From the human T2T-CHM13v2.0 reference genome, Homo sapiens: DNA of 64,000 nucleotides. Position 1 is the stretch's first letter; each line of letters starts with the position of its first letter. The notes below the pieces were generated by a model. It was given only the letters and a program-made list of their open reading frames with translations. It did no database searches and had not been told where the DNA came from. The translations under genes were made by a program, and so were the position numbers. Shown one piece after another: positions 1-23,402 of this stretch. The DNA lies in the NCBI RefSeq assembly GCF_009914755.1, contig NC_060927.1; one strand, 5' to 3'.

Positions 1-94
1 TATAATCAGCATCTTAAACAACAAACATGAAAATAAAATTCCAGAAAAAAAAATAGGGATTCACACTGCATTTGCTATAGTGGTACCCAGAGAA

Positions 95-370
95 GTAGCT
101 TAGTGCAGTGGCTTAGATATGAACTCTGGAGTCAAAGTGCCTGGGTTCAAATCTCAGCTTTACTACTTAACAGCTGAGTGACCTCAGAAAAGTAACACAA
201 CACAACCATTCTGTTGCTTAGTGTCCTCACCTGTAAAATGAAAACAGTACTTACCTAATGAGGTTGTTGTAAGAATTATATTAGAATTAGAAGGACAGCA
301 AGATTATTTAGCATGTGTAAAATATTTAAAATCTGGCACATGGTAAGTGCAATGTAAGTGTTAGCTCCTA
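95..370 (+). mobile_element. MIR SINE
   Basis: MIR-like core: ctgggttcaaatctcagct...ctcacctgtaaaatg...ctggcacatggtaagtgc. Confidence 0.7.
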
Positions 371-649
371 TTAACAGCATATCACTTGTAATTCAATTTA
401 GAAAATTACTTCCATTTCCTGAGCATCTCAACTGAGAGTTCTATAAATATAGCTGAATTTATTACAATAATTTGCTAATATTGAAAAAAAACCCTAAATT
501 TCATCAACAAGAAACATACTGAATGAATTAATGGTATATCAAGATCATAGAACCGCTAGGTCACCAACAAAAAGAATGAGGCTGATCTACAATTACTGAC
601 ATGGAAAGATGTCTGTGATATAATATTAGTGTATAAGATTCTATTCACT

Positions 650-950
<301 letters not shown>

Positions 951-1148
951 TCACTGTTCTTAGGTATGTATTTTGTTTGCTGTATGTATATGTATATAGG
1001 TTTCTATTCACATAGAAAATGGCTGGAAGAATGCATACCATCCTACAATCAGTGGTTACATCACAGGACAGAACTGGGAAACTTGTAATAATATACTTAT
1101 ATACTACTACAGTTTTATATTTTATAGAATGTGCATGCATTATTTTTA

Positions 1149-1555
<407 letters not shown>

Positions 1556-1902
1556 TTAGAGTGGGAAAGAAAACAACATGCCCCAAATTCTACAAATTAT
1601 TTCATTCAAGACAAACATAAATATAGCCCAGTCTATAAATTACAATGGAACTCTTTAAAGAAAACATCGAGTCTGAGACGACAAAATAATACAAATTTAA
1701 TATGTCTATTAGTTAGTTTCCCTCATTTCATGTGGTAGCTCATCTCACCCTATTTTTTAATCCCAAAATACTAACATATTGATTAGAAACATTAAGTATT
1801 TTCTGTAACTCAATAGAATTTCTCTATGTCACAGATAAATAACTTATGCCTATGACAACAGAAGGGTAGAATTAAAATATTATAGGTAAAACAAACTATT
1901 TC

Positions 1903-2510
<608 letters not shown>

Positions 2511-2540
2511 AAACTATTTCAACTGACCTTCATACAGTTA

Positions 2541-2687
<147 letters not shown>

Positions 2688-3677
2688 CTAGAAATGAGAA
2701 ATAAAATAAAAAATTTACTCATCAGTGCTCAACTGGCAACACCTTAATGCAGGTGAAGCTGTCTTCCTCTGGGAGGCCTCTCCCTACACTGGTAATAGTA
2801 TGGTCTCTATTAAACTCTGTTTCCAAAGAAATATCTGAAATATTCATATGAAAGCTCTGAAGGCTTACCTAAACCAGATGAATCTATATTTCTTTTTATT
2901 GTGATAATATATACATAGCAAAACACTGACCATTTTAGTTACTTGCAAGTATGTAATTCAGTGGCATTAAGTACACTCACAATGTTGGGCAACTGTCATC
3001 ACCATCCATCCTCAGGATGTTTTAATCTCCAAACATAATTCTCCATTCCCTCCTGTTCCTTAGTCCCTAGTAACCAGCATTTTACTTTCTGTTTATGAAT
3101 TTCTCTAGCCAAAGTACCTCATGTAAGTGGAAGCGTATAATAATTTGTCTGAGTTTGGCTTATTTCACCTAGCATAATGTTTTCAAGGTTCATTCATGTA
3201 ACATGTATCAAAATTCCATTTGTTTTTAAGGTTGAATAATATCCAGTTTGTACACATTTTGTTTATCCATTAATCTCTTGATGGACATTGTGTTATTTCT
3301 ACACATTGTGAATACTGCTGCTGTGAACAACAAGTATTGGTATACAAGTATCTGTTTTGAGTCCCTGCTTTAAATTCTTCTAGCTGTATACCAAAAGTGG
3401 AATTGCTGGATCATATGGTACAGAAGTTTCTATATACTTAAATTTAAAATAATATTGCAATTAGGGTAGAATGTCAAGAAGTAAAGGGCTTCAGAGTGGT
3501 AAGGGGAATTTGTCTATTCTGTCTCTGTGTAAAACTGGCCTAGAATTGAAATCATGGCATCCAAAAGCCCCAAACAGAACACTAGCTCAATAAATACCTC
3601 ACTTATCTTCAGGTCATCAATGTCATCTTTCCAGAAAAAAAGCTAAGAAGCAAATGAAAGTCATGTATTAAAGTCTA

Positions 3678-4384
3678 CAGGAGTGTCCCCTTATCCAAGA
3701 TCCCTAGTGGATGCCTGAAACTATGAATACTACAGAACTGGACTGATACCAATTTGACCACGCTTCTGTTCATGTCTTCCAATCACAAATGTAATGCCTT
3801 TCCCATCTTAACTAAGTACTTGCCATGCCCTGTGGCCATAAGTTTTGCAGTTTGAGGTGCAACAGGAAAATGACATGAATTTGTTTTTCCTTCTTCACAA
3901 TTTCACAGATAGAAACTTGGTCCTTACCAAGAACCAAGAAACCTCAACATACATATTTTTTTCTTTCCTTGAGAATTTTCACCTTTTCACTTAAAAGAAG
4001 CATTTCATGGCTTCTCTTTAGCATAAGTGAATTGCCACCATCATTGCTCTTGCATTTTGGGGCCATGATTTAAATAAAATAAGGGTGACTTGAACACAAG
4101 CATGGTGGTACCATGACAGTCGATTTGATAACCTAGATGGCTCCTGAGTGACTAACAGATGGGGAGTGGAGACAGCGTGGAGACACTGGACAAAGGGACG
4201 ATTCACATCCTGGGAGGGACAAAGCAGACTGTGCAAGATCTCACTGTGTGACTCAGAATAGCGTGCAATTTGAAACTTATCAATTGTTGATTTCTGGAAT
4301 TTTCCATTTAATATTTTCACACCATAGTAGACTGCAGGTAACTGAAACCACTCAAAGCAAAACCGTGGATAAAGGGGACAACTG
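3678..4384. mobile_element. TcMar-Tigger DNA transposon (MER44/Tigger7-like)
   Basis: Imperfect terminal inverted repeats (cag..gtccccttatcca / tggataaaggggacaactg) flanked by TA dinucleotides. Confidence 0.8.
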
Positions 4385-4919
4385 TACGTGTACTTTCAGT
4401 GAAAAGGGCATCCCTCAGACTTCAGCCTAGTTACTTCCAGTGTACTCAGAATTTTAACAAACATACTTACTGGGATTTTAGCCCACAGAAGAGGAAATTC
4501 AGTAACTGAAGGACAGCAAGATTTCTAAAAGTAAACACGCTGACAGCAAAAAGGGAAGAAACAGAAGGAGGCAAAAGGCAGAGAAGACTTGGATGATTTA
4601 ATGAGTAATGAAGCCACACCCTCTCCAACATCAGTAGCCCTGAGGGGATTTGTTCTTCTAAAATGTGAGCGAGTATTATAATTATGACCAAAACAATGTA
4701 AAAACACAAAGGTTCAGCCAATCCTGTTTCAAAATAGTTACACTCAAAGAACATTTCAAAATTAAAGGGGTAAGCTTCACATATCTGGGAAACTCATACG
4801 AATAGAAAAACCCACATCCTAGTGACAGGAAACAATGCAATGCCAGATACAGATAAAATGCTGGATACTCATATGTTGCAGCCAGTTTAGAGTTTTATAT
4901 CTTTTAAACAAAAGTTCAA

Positions 4920-6160
<1,241 letters not shown>

Positions 6161-6239
6161 AGTATTTTATATAAAATGGTCAAACATCTATACTAGGCAA
6201 ATGAAACAGGTCTATGTCCTAGTCCTCCCTGGTTTGGGT

Positions 6240-8900
<2,661 letters not shown>

Positions 8901-8949
8901 ATTTGATGGAACTTTTTGGTGTACTAGATAAATGCTCTTCTTTCATAAC

Positions 8950-11242
8950 TGTATTAGTCTGTTTTCACACTGCTGATAAAGACATATCCCAGACTGGGCA
9001 ATTTACAAAAGAAAGAAGTTTATTGGACTCACAGTTCCACATGGCTGGGGAGGCCTCGCAATCATGGCGGAAGGCAGGGAGGAGGAATTCATGTCTTACA
9101 TGGATGGTGGCAGGCAAAGAGAGAGCTTGTGCAGGGAAACACTCATTTTTAAAACCATCAGCTCTCATGAGACTCATTCATGACCATGAGAACAGCGCAG
9201 GAAAGACCTGCCCCCATAATTCAATCACCTCCCACTGGGTTCCTCCCACGATACATGAGAATTGTGAGAGTTACAATTGAAGATGAGATTTGGGTGGGGA
9301 CACAGAACCAAACCATATCATTCCGCTCCTCATCCCTCCTAAATCTCATGTCCTCACATTTTGAAACCAATCATGCCTTCCCAACAGTCCCTCAAAGTCT
9401 TAACTTATTTTAGCATTAACTCAAAAGTCCACAGTCCAACATCTCGTCTGAGACAAGGCAAGTCCCTTCCGCCTATAAGCCTGTAAAATCAAAAGCAAGC
9501 TAGTTACTTCCTGGATACAATGGGGGTATAGGCATTGGTTAAATACAGCCTCCAAATGGAAGATATTGGCCAAAATAAAAGGGCTACAGGCTCCATGCAA
9601 GTCTGAAATCCAGCAGGGCAGTCAAATCTTAAAGCTCCAAAATGATCTCCTTTGACTCCATGTCTCGCATCTGGATCACATGGATGCAAGAGGTGGGTTC
9701 CCATGGTCTTGGGCAGCACCAACCTTGTGGCTTTGCAGGGTATAGCCCCTCTCCTGGCAGCTTTCACAGGCTGGTGTTGAGTGTCTGTGGCTTTTCCAGG
9801 TACATGGTGCAAGCTGTTGGTGGATCTACCATTCTGGGGTCTGGAAGACAGTGGACCTCTTCTCACAGCTCCACTAGGCAGTACCCCAATAGGGACTCTG
9901 TGTGGGGGCTCTGACCCCACATTTCCCTTCTGCACTGCCCTAGCAGAGGTTCTCCATGAGGGTTCCACCCCTGCAGCAAACTTCTGCCTGGCATCCAGGA
10001 GTTTCCATACATCCTCTGAAATCTAGGCGGAGGTTCCCAAACCTCAGTTTTTGACTTTTGTGCTCCCAGAGGCTTCACACCACATGGAAGCTGCCAAGGC
10101 TTGGGGCTTCCACCCTCTGAAGCAACAGCCCAAGTAGTACCTTGGCCCCTTTTAATCACAGCTGGAGCAGCTGGGACTGAGGGGACCAAATCCCTAGACT
10201 GTACACAGCAGTCTGGCCTGGCCCACAAAACCATTTTTTCCCTCCTGGGCCTCCGGGCCTGTGATGGGAGGGGCTGCCATGAAGACCTCTGACATGCCCT
10301 GGAGACATTTTCCCCATTGTCTTGGGGATTAACGTTGGGCTCCTTGTTACTTATGTAAATTTCTGCAGCCAGCTTGAATTTCTCCTCAGAAAATGGGATT
10401 TTCTTTTCTACCACATTGTCAGGCTGCACATTTTCTGAACTTTTATGCTCTGCTTCCCTTATAAAACTGAATCCCTTTAATAGCACCCAAGTCGTCTCTT
10501 GAATGCTTTTCTGCTTAGAAATTTCTTCTGCCAGATACCCTAAATCATCTCTCTCAAGTTTGAAGGTCCACAAATCTCTACAGCAGGAATAAAATGCTGC
10601 CAGTCTTTGCTAAAACATAACAAGAGTCACCTTTGCTCCAGTTCCCAACAAGTTTCTCATCTCCATCTGAGACCACCTCAGCCTGGACTTCACTGTCCAC
10701 ATTACTATCAGCATTTTGGGCAAAGCCATTCAGCAAGTCTCTAGGAAGTTCCAAACTTTCCCACATTTTCCTGTCTTCTTCTGAGCCCTCCAAACTGTTC
10801 CAACCTCTGCCTGTTACCGAGTTCCAAAGTCACTTCCACATTTTTAAGTATCTTTTCACAGCACCCTACTCTACTGGAACCAATTTTCTGTATTAGTCTG
10901 TTTTCATGCTGCTGATAAAGACATTACCTGACACTGGGCAATTTACAAAAGAAAGAGGTTTAGTGGCTGGATAGGCCTCACAATCATGGTGGAAAGGCAA
11001 GGAGGAGCAAGTCACAACTTACATGGATGGCGGCAGGCAAAGAGAGAGCTTGAGCAGGGAAACTCCTGTTTCTTAAAACTATCAGACCTCATGAGACTCA
11101 TTCACTATCATGAGAACAGCACAGTAAAGACCCATCCCCATAATTTAATCACCTCCTACCGGGTTCCTCCCATAATACGTGGGAATTGTAGGAGTTGCAA
11201 TTCAAGATAAGATGTGGGTATGGACACAGCGAAACCATATCA
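8950..11242 (-). mobile_element. Full-length THE1 (ERVL-MaLR) element: LTR 10889-11242, internal region 9321-10888, LTR 8950-9320
   Basis: Two THE1 LTRs (tgtattagt...aaaccatatca on +) around a THE1-int region; perfect 5-bp TSD ATAAC at 8945-8949 and 11243-11247. Confidence 0.93.
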
Positions 11243-11785
11243 ATAACTAAAAACAAAAGGAGCCATCTCCTTGTGAAAATAAAATTCAGTCGTACACTCT
11301 GGGAACAGCCTTAAGAAGTTTAACTAATTTCTCTTAGGAAGAACAATTTAATATAACCAAACCATGATGTTCTTGAGCATTTGAATGGATTAAAAGGGAA
11401 AACAACAGCACCACTACTATTACCAGCGGGCTAATTCCCTTGCTTCAGGCATGTATTGAGCTGCCACTTCACCCTGGTGGGTCATAGGATTGCAAACCTG
11501 TTGAGATTGTTCATTGCACGGTACTAACATGCCTTTATTAGTAAACACAGAAAACTAGTATCTCTTGTCCTCCTTAAATCTCTGCCAAAATAATTTATTC
11601 CAACCTTTTAGTTTGTATTTACTTTGCTCTGTAACTTGTTCAAGAAGACACACACAAGCAAAGTTGTTGGTTCTACCCTCAAGCAGAGTTTGACAAAAAA
11701 CTGGCTCTGCCTTCAAGCAAAAATGAGAAGTGTCCTTTCCATGGTGAAGCGGACAAGTCATGGTCTTTAAATTCTTATTACCAAG

Positions 11786-12370
11786 TGTAAGGTACATAGA
11801 TGTGCTTTGGTCAAGGAATAGGCTGAGGTGGACATCCAGACCTGCATGACTCAGCAAATTTAGGGCACAGGCACATACTGCACTTGTTATATAACCTGTT
11901 TGTGTAAGCTCATATGCCACTATTGTCTGTAAAAGGTATAATTGCCCTGCTAATGCTGTTCAGGGGCTCTTGGGGCTCAACTCGGCTCAACATGGCTTGA
12001 CATGGTGGGAGCACTGGCACCCAGAGAGAGTGCCAAAGTTGTCCATCTTGCAGCCGGACAGGTGGGAGCCAGGACACAGCTTGGCTTGCTCATGCCCAGA
12101 GAGAGAAAGAGTTAAGCTGCTGACCCTGAAGGCAAGGGAGAGCCAGCTGTGCAGCTGCGGGCATGGGAGTGGCAGGAACCACAGAGCCAGAGCAGACAGC
12201 TAAGATAAAGGTGAACAGTATGAGAGACCTAGTCTAACTAAGCTGCTAATAAGAGCTGCTGCTGAAGAAAACCATATTCACCTGCCTACGGCCCCCCAAG
12301 TGTTCTTTCTGCTCATCCACACACTCTCCTCAGACATCAGCATGGGCTGGACAGACCCTGGGACCGGACA
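11786..12370 (+). mobile_element. Solo LTR, LTR18-like (ERVL)
   Basis: TG...CA termini; 5-bp TSD CCAAG at 11781-11785 and 12371-12375; 5' end resembles the LTR18 consensus as recalled. Confidence 0.8.
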
Positions 12371-15300
12371 CCAAGAATTTCCTACCTTCGTCTGTGATAC
12401 TTAAAACATATGGGTTTCCTTTTGGTCAACCACAGAGTAGCTGTATTCAGTAAATGACTTGCTATATGCATTTAAGTTACTTGTCAGTGATTTTCAAGTA
12501 CCTGTAATAAAGTTCCTAACTCTTGGTAGCACATGAAAAAAAAATGGAGCACTTTTATAAAACATTCATGCTCAGGAGCAACTTCAGATAACTGAGGGGA
12601 CTGAAGTATAATACACATATAGAAAAGCACATTTGCCCTAAGTGTACAGCTCTTAAGTCCATTGTTTACTTAAACTGAATACACCTGTGCAGCCAGTGCT
12701 CAACTCAAGAATCAAAACATCACAAGCATTCCAGAGACTGCTTTATGCTTCCTTACAGTTAGGCCTCTTCCGCAAGGCAGTACAACAGTCTCTTTAAAAG
12801 CTCAGGTGGTTCTAATCTGCAGACAGGGTTAACTACAACCTCTTTCCCAACCAGAGAAGACTGAAGACAACTGGCAATCGAGAGAACGAGTGTGGCCAGG
12901 GCGGTGGCTCACGTCGGTAACGCCAACACGTAGGCAGGCCAAGAGAGAAGGATCACTTGAGCCCAGGAGTTTGAGACCAGCCTGGGAAACACAGTGAGAC
13001 TTTGTTTCAAAAACAAACAAACAAACAAAAAATTAGCTGGGCATAGTGACGTGTGCCTACAGTCCCATCACAGCTACTTGGGAGGCTGAGGTGGCAGGAT
13101 CACTTGAGTCCATGAGTTCAAGGCTGCAGTGAGCCATGATCATACCACTGCACTCCAGCCTGGGAGACAGAGTGAGACAACGTCTTAAAAAAAAAAGGCT
13201 AGCCTAAAAAATATTTACATCTTCTTGAGTTTCTCAATATAGCCATATCACCAGACATCACCAGAAATTTAGCTCACTTGTAAATTTTACTTTAATTTCT
13301 ATAAAAGTATGTCAAAATGGCCACATTAAGAACAATTCTAGACTTTTAGAAAACTTCTTTCAAATCACTATACAAGTGTTATTCAATGTCCTTTACTAGA
13401 GGGCCAATAAGTTTCTTCTTTAAAGTCAACATTAAAGGAAGGTTTGCTCTCCTAATCGGCAAGTATCTTTTTATTAGAGGAGAACTTTGTAAATTATAAC
13501 CCACCAAATTTCCTTTCTGATCAGGTCTGCCCCAAAGAGCTAAACAGCTTTACTTAGGCTAAATTTTCTGATTTAATTCCAATGTTCATTCACTCATGTT
13601 ACTTGGCTTTTGCTCTTTTATCCTTTATTTTCACCACTAATTTTTGCAAGCCACCCCAAATCTTCAATATCCAGGCAAAATGATTATTTTTTGAAAATAT
13701 TTTATTCTTTTAAAAATACTGTCTGAAAGTATTTTATTCTTTTCAAACATTCTTTGAAATATACTTCAAAATAAGTATTATTCCTTTCTCATTGTGTTAC
13801 AGCAACTAACATGATACTATTCTAAATAGGTACAAGCTTGATAAAGTCCCTGGAATTAGCATATCATACATTTGCTAGAAGGTTCTTATTTAAACTAAAA
13901 AATGGTCTCAGAAAAATGGTCATTAAAAAGAAAGTGGATTTTCAATTCTTCAGGAGGCAGCTTAGAAAAGAAAGCAATAATAAAACAAAAAGGAAGCTCA
14001 TTGGCCTACAAGAAGTAATTTTTAATTAATAAAAATTTCTAATTAAACAACACCTTCCCTTTTTCCAAAATGCAGGGCAAGAAAGTTCTACTGCTCAGTC
14101 TGGTCCAATGAATAGGGAATGGGGCTGGGAGTCAGAATACTCTTGTTTAATCCTTTCTCTTTCAATGATTAGACAAGTTTTGATTTCAGATCACTGGGGG
14201 ATCTTGATAAAAATGCAAATTTTGCATAAATGCAAATTACAGTGGGTTTAGGGTAGGACTTAAAGGCTGTTATTGTTTTTTATTCAGAGATGGGGTCTTG
14301 CTATCTTCTACAGGCTGGCCTGGGTTCAAGCAATCCTCCTGCCTCAGCCTTCTGAGTAGCTGGGATTACACATGTGAGCCACTGTGTCCAGCTTAAAAGT
14401 CTGAATTTCTAACGAGCTCATAATGTCAAACCTGCTGTCCATGGACCACACTTTGAGTAGCAAGATTTAGATGCTTTGGAATAACATCATGCAACCTTCT
14501 GTGCATTAGATGTTATGCCCATAAGATGAAGGTAATACTACCATGGCATTTATGCTTAAATACATGATAAATGCACAAACTGATATTTATGTTAAAGGGC
14601 CTGAACTCCTAAGGACATGTGAGATACATATGTATATCTCCACGTACTATTATCATCTCCTTACCCTCCTAAGGACCTTTTACTTCAAGCTGTAACCAAA
14701 AAAGCTTCATAAACAAGCATATTTTAAATATGCATTTGTATAAATTAATACCTATTCAGTTTAAGAACACTATTCTAAAGAAGAGATACATCAATACAAA
14801 ACAACTATACATATTCACTAATTTAGTTAAGGACTTGGCTGGGCGCAGTGGATTACACTTTTAATCCCAACACTTTGGGAGGCTGAGGTGGGAAGATCAC
14901 TTGAGGCCAGGAGTTTGAGACCAGCCTGGGCAACACAGGGAGGCTCCATCTCTACAAAAATTTAAAAAATCAGCTGGGCATGGTGATGCAAGCCTGTAGC
15001 TCTAGCTACTTGGGAGGCTGAGGTGGGAGGATTGCTTGAACCCTCACTGCTGCACTCCAGCCTGGATGATAAGTGAACCCCTGTCTCAAAAAACAAAAAT
15101 AAAAACAAATTGAGGACTATGTACAAGCTCACTGGGTTGCTAGGAGGTATGCTTAAAAAAATAAAAAGGTGTCAGATATGAGTTCTTCCCTTAGGAAAGC
15201 ACAAAGGAATTATGGAGGAGCCAACATCTACATTAAACTCGTTAAACAAAGCACTAATTAAGTATAAATATGACTAGAACAAGAAATCAAATGCGGAATG

Positions 15301-15662
15301 ATCAATGTGCTAGAGGAGACAACGAAGAATTTCTAAGGAGAAGGAATTCAGGTGAGGGTGATGGGCAACACTACGGCAATTTACTTTTAATTGTTTTGCC
15401 TTCTTTCAATGTTGTTGTCCCTACCTTTGCCCCCACTTCAATCATCCATTTCCCCACCCAGAAGCCACAGCGATTTTATTAAAAAGTAAAGCAGATGGCT
15501 TTACTCCCCAGCTTTAAAAAACCTCCCAATGGCTACTCAGAATGAAATACAAACTCCTTATCAAGACCTATAATGTTCTCACTTTGGGAACTGAGGCAGG
15601 CAGATCGCTTGAGCCTAGGAGTTCAACACCAGCCTGGGCAACATGGAGAAAGCCCATCCCTA

Positions 15663-15857
<195 letters not shown>

Positions 15858-16888
15858 CTAAATGATGCTACCCCTACCTCTCTCTGCTCCATCGTCTCCT
15901 ACCACTTTCTTCCTGTAAGATGGTTCTCCCAGCTGCAAACCCAGCCTTCTACGTGGTGCCTTGTGAAGGGGCTCTGCCTGTTTGCCAGTGGGCTTCCTGT
16001 TAGGTTTCACCAGTAGGGGTCACTGTAGGGAAACTTGAACAAGGAAGCTTTCCTTCTCCTCACCGCCGGGAAGCGGCCATTGGTTCCAGTCTTCAGGTTC
16101 TTTTGGAACTCCAAGAACCAGCCTCATTAAGCCCTCGGCAGCCAGGCAGGGCCCCTCCACAGATCTGAGAACAGCTGCAGAAAGTCCCTCCCCCAGTCTC
16201 TCCTTCAGCCCAAAGGGTGGTTTTCAATTTCTGTTATTATTAAAGGGTAATTTCAACATCCCCACCCTGCCTTCAGCTCTCTAACACTGGTGGAACTAAT
16301 TCCTAAACTAAGTTCCTTCTGCTGAAACGTCAAATGGAATTTTGGTTTTACTGACTATACCTGAATGACACAGCCCCTTACTGCCTTCACTCCAACCACA
16401 CTGAACATTCTTCTCCCTTGAACACCAAGCTTGTTTTCATCTCAGAGTCTTGGCAATTCCATTTGCCTGAATCGTCTTCCTTAAGTTCCCTACGTGGCCC
16501 TAGAATGAGACTGGGAAGTTGGGGTGGAAATATATTTCTTTCTTGCTTATATTTTACCTTGTAATTCAGAGCCCTACCTACCTATTTCTCCCAAAGGATT
16601 TGAGCTTGTAGTTTTGAGGATAGAAGAGCTGAATTCTCTCCTAATTTTAACTTGTAATTTAGACCCTCTTTCCACCTATTTCCCAAAGGATCTAAAGTAC
16701 ACAGGATCCAGTAAAAAGGCAGACTGGCTGAGAAATGAGATGGGACATGCCTAGTTTACAATGATAATCCAATAATCAAATGTAAAGATCTTAGGAAAGG
16801 CTAAAAATAGAAAATTTCTATAAGTAACTTTGCATCAGTTGCACAAAACGTATTCCTTTTGCACTGCAAATCTCTTCACAACCCTCAC

Positions 16889-16984
16889 CTGTGCAGCAGA
16901 GGTCTTGGCCACTTGAATGATTTTCTCCATAGATAGGTAGCTCTGCTGGGAGGGAGCGGGGCCGATGGAATATGCTTCATCTGC
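16889..16984 (-). CDS. MCCC1: MCCC1 exon 4 ([32 protein letters not shown])
   Basis: 96 nt, AG/GT flanked; visible inside ORF 16835..17065. Confidence 0.97.
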
Positions 16985-17789
16985 CTGTTTAAGAAACATC
17001 ACATGCTTAAAAGACTTTGTGGCTAGTACATACTCATACACTATACAGAACTGCTTCAGGGTCATTTTATTATTGTAAATAAAAATGCCACTCCCTCAAG
17101 AACAGTGCAAGAATTGAAAAACTGAAGTACCAATGTATGTCTACACTATAAAAATAAGCCAGTCTTAGAATCTTTTGCATGAAGAGGGTAACAAAACTTG
17201 GTTTTCATGCATAAGCCACACACTGGTGTGAAACTAAAGTGTCTCAGGATAAAAAGCAACAGACATTAGTCATGATATTATTACTAAAACAATAATAACC
17301 TTAAATGTATTCAAGGCCAAAAATTTATATTTGATAATAGAAACAAAATATGTGACAGATGTACACAAAGAAAAAAGCTTACAAAGTTGATTAAAGTTTA
17401 TATAATTATCAGAGTATGATAATGCTTTCATACATTTGTGAATTATTTTATATTATTCCTTAAAACTTACACAAAATCATAGCATCCCTTGAAGTAGACC
17501 ATTTAGAGCACATCATTCATTCATTCCAAGACTTACTGAAGGCCTACTACGTGCCACACTTTGAGGTGGGAGCTGCCTGTACCATAGTGAACAAGACAAA
17601 TGTCCCTGTCTAGGGGGAGAGACAGACATTAAAAATACATTCACACACTTAATGACAACTGTGATGAACGTCATGGAGGAAAAACCAAGGGCATAAATGC
17701 TGTAGGAGGAAGGCCTGATCTGGTCTGAAGGTGATCAGGAAATGCCTAGAAGGGAAGTCAGGGGAGGCTCCTCAAGGATGATCAAGACT

Positions 17790-18092
<303 letters not shown>

Positions 18093-18377
18093 TCAAGACT
18101 TTGCCTGGCAAACAGATCAAGAATGTGGAGCTGAGAACAGGAATGGAGCTGAGGATGAGGCTCTCAGGCACAGAAAACAACCTACATAAAGGTGGGAGGA
18201 AAACTGGTCCAGTTGAGTGACCGAAGAAGGCTTGTGTGGCTGGAACACAATGAGCAAGGGGTCCAGGGGCCAGAGAGGATGCTGGACAGAAAGCTGGGCA
18301 CAGATTTCAAAGGGCCTGTGAGAGGTTAAAAAGCTTTGGGCTTTCTCCTAAGGGAGCACACAAAGAGACCATTTTAA

Positions 18378-18716
<339 letters not shown>

Positions 18717-19399
18717 TAACTCCACAAAACACAAATCTATTCTCATTCTAAAGAAAGTGAATTATAATACAAACGCAAAGTAGCCCTTTGGTACTCCCCC
18801 CATTGCAGTCTCCTTCCAGATAGAACATCCACTATAATAAACCTGGGACATATTGTTCCATATCCATATTCCTAACTAGTCATATATGTTTATATAAACA
18901 CATGCAGTTTTAGTTCTTGTTTTTACATAAATAGGATCATACTATATAATTATCTTCTGCAACTGCTTTTTCCATTAACGGTATGTCTTGGGAACTCTTT
19001 TTCTTGCTAGTACACATGTCTATACCTCATTTTGTATAACATTTGCAAACTATTCCATAGTATGGCAGTATCATAGTTCATTTAATCATGTATCTCTTAA
19101 TGCGCACTTAGGTTATAACGGCAAAAAACTGGATGCAGGCAAGGCTAAAGCAGACATTCCTGTACACGCTTCTCTTAGCACAATATATGTGAGCACGTCT
19201 GTGGGACAGAAACCTACAGGAATGTTTGTAGGGTTGGGTTGAAGGATATGCATAGTTTAATAGCTCCTGGTTAATCAGCCTTGAAATGGTTTTACCAATA
19301 TATATTTCCATCAACATACCAGTTTCTAACCACCCTCATCAACACTGAATATTATCCACCTTTTACATTACTGATAAGCTGGTGCACCCTATAAAGGTT

Positions 19400-21655
<2,256 letters not shown>

Positions 21656-21658
21656 TCA

Positions 21659-21814
<156 letters not shown>

Positions 21815-22532
21815 TCACCCGTAACATTCACAAACTTCAGGGAGTTGGGTCTTATTAGTTATAATTTTACAGATGAAGCAAGGCTCAGAAACATGAAGTG
21901 ACTTGGCTAAGATCACTCAGCAAGTAGCAGGTGCTAAGAATAGAGCCTGGATTGGCTAGGCACGGTGGCTCACGCCTGTTTGGCACTTTGGGAGGCCAAG
22001 GTGGGCGGATCACGAGGTCAGCAGATTGAGACCATCCTGGCTAACACGGTGAAAACCTGTCTCTACTAAAAATACAAAAAATTAGCCGGTCGTGGTGGAG
22101 GGCACCTATAGTTCCAGCTACTCTAGACGTCGAGGCAGGAGAATCGAGGCAGGAGAATCGCTTGAACCTGAGAGGCGGAGCTTGCAGTGAGTCGGGATTG
22201 TGCCACTGCTCTCCAGCCTGGGCAACAGAGCGAGACTCAATCTCAAAAAAAAAAGAAAAAAAAAGAATAGAGCCTGGATCTTTCTCCTTGTATATACGGA
22301 ATCTGGACATGAGCTACTCAAAGTGTAGTCAGTGGATCCGCAACATTCTGTGAACCGTTTTAACCAATCCTCAAGGAGATAAAGACCTTGCCTGTAAATC
22401 AACTGTTCTACTAAGCACACCGCTTAGTTCAACTGATGTTATATCTGAAAAATGTTCCCAAGAATTAGCAGTGAGCAGTTTGAACTTACCTACTTCAACC
22501 CTGATAACACTAGCAAATATCAACTGTCATCA

Positions 22533-22742
<210 letters not shown>

Positions 22743-23213
22743 TTAAAACACCATGAAAATCACACAGAAATGTTACTGGAGAGCAAAGAATGAGAATGAG
22801 AATACGATCTTAACTGGCTGATAAGGACTCGACTGATAAGTTCAAGGTTTTTGGTAAAACTAGCATAACTGAGCCCAAAATGACCACTTTAACTAATATT
22901 AGACAGTGCACTTCTTTTCTCTTAAATTCAAGGTACTCATTAACATAAATTACTCAGCTTTTTAAACTTAAAATACAAAGCAACATAAAATAAAATTAAA
23001 AGATGCTTTGTTATGCCAAGGATCAAATTATAATAGTGTTAAATTATCATCATTAATAACTACTCTTTTATGTATTTATTTATTTACTTATTTATTTATT
23101 TTTGAGACAGTGTTTTGCTCTCGTCCCCCAGGTTGGAGTGCAATGGTGTGATCTCGGCTCACTACAACCTCTACCTCCCAGGGTCAAGCAATTCTACTGC
23201 TTCAGCCTCCTGA

Positions 23214-23402
<189 letters not shown>

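Noticed and set aside
9504-10896. ORFs of up to 236 aa
   Set aside because: Remnants of the THE1-internal (MaLR) ORF, broken by frameshifts
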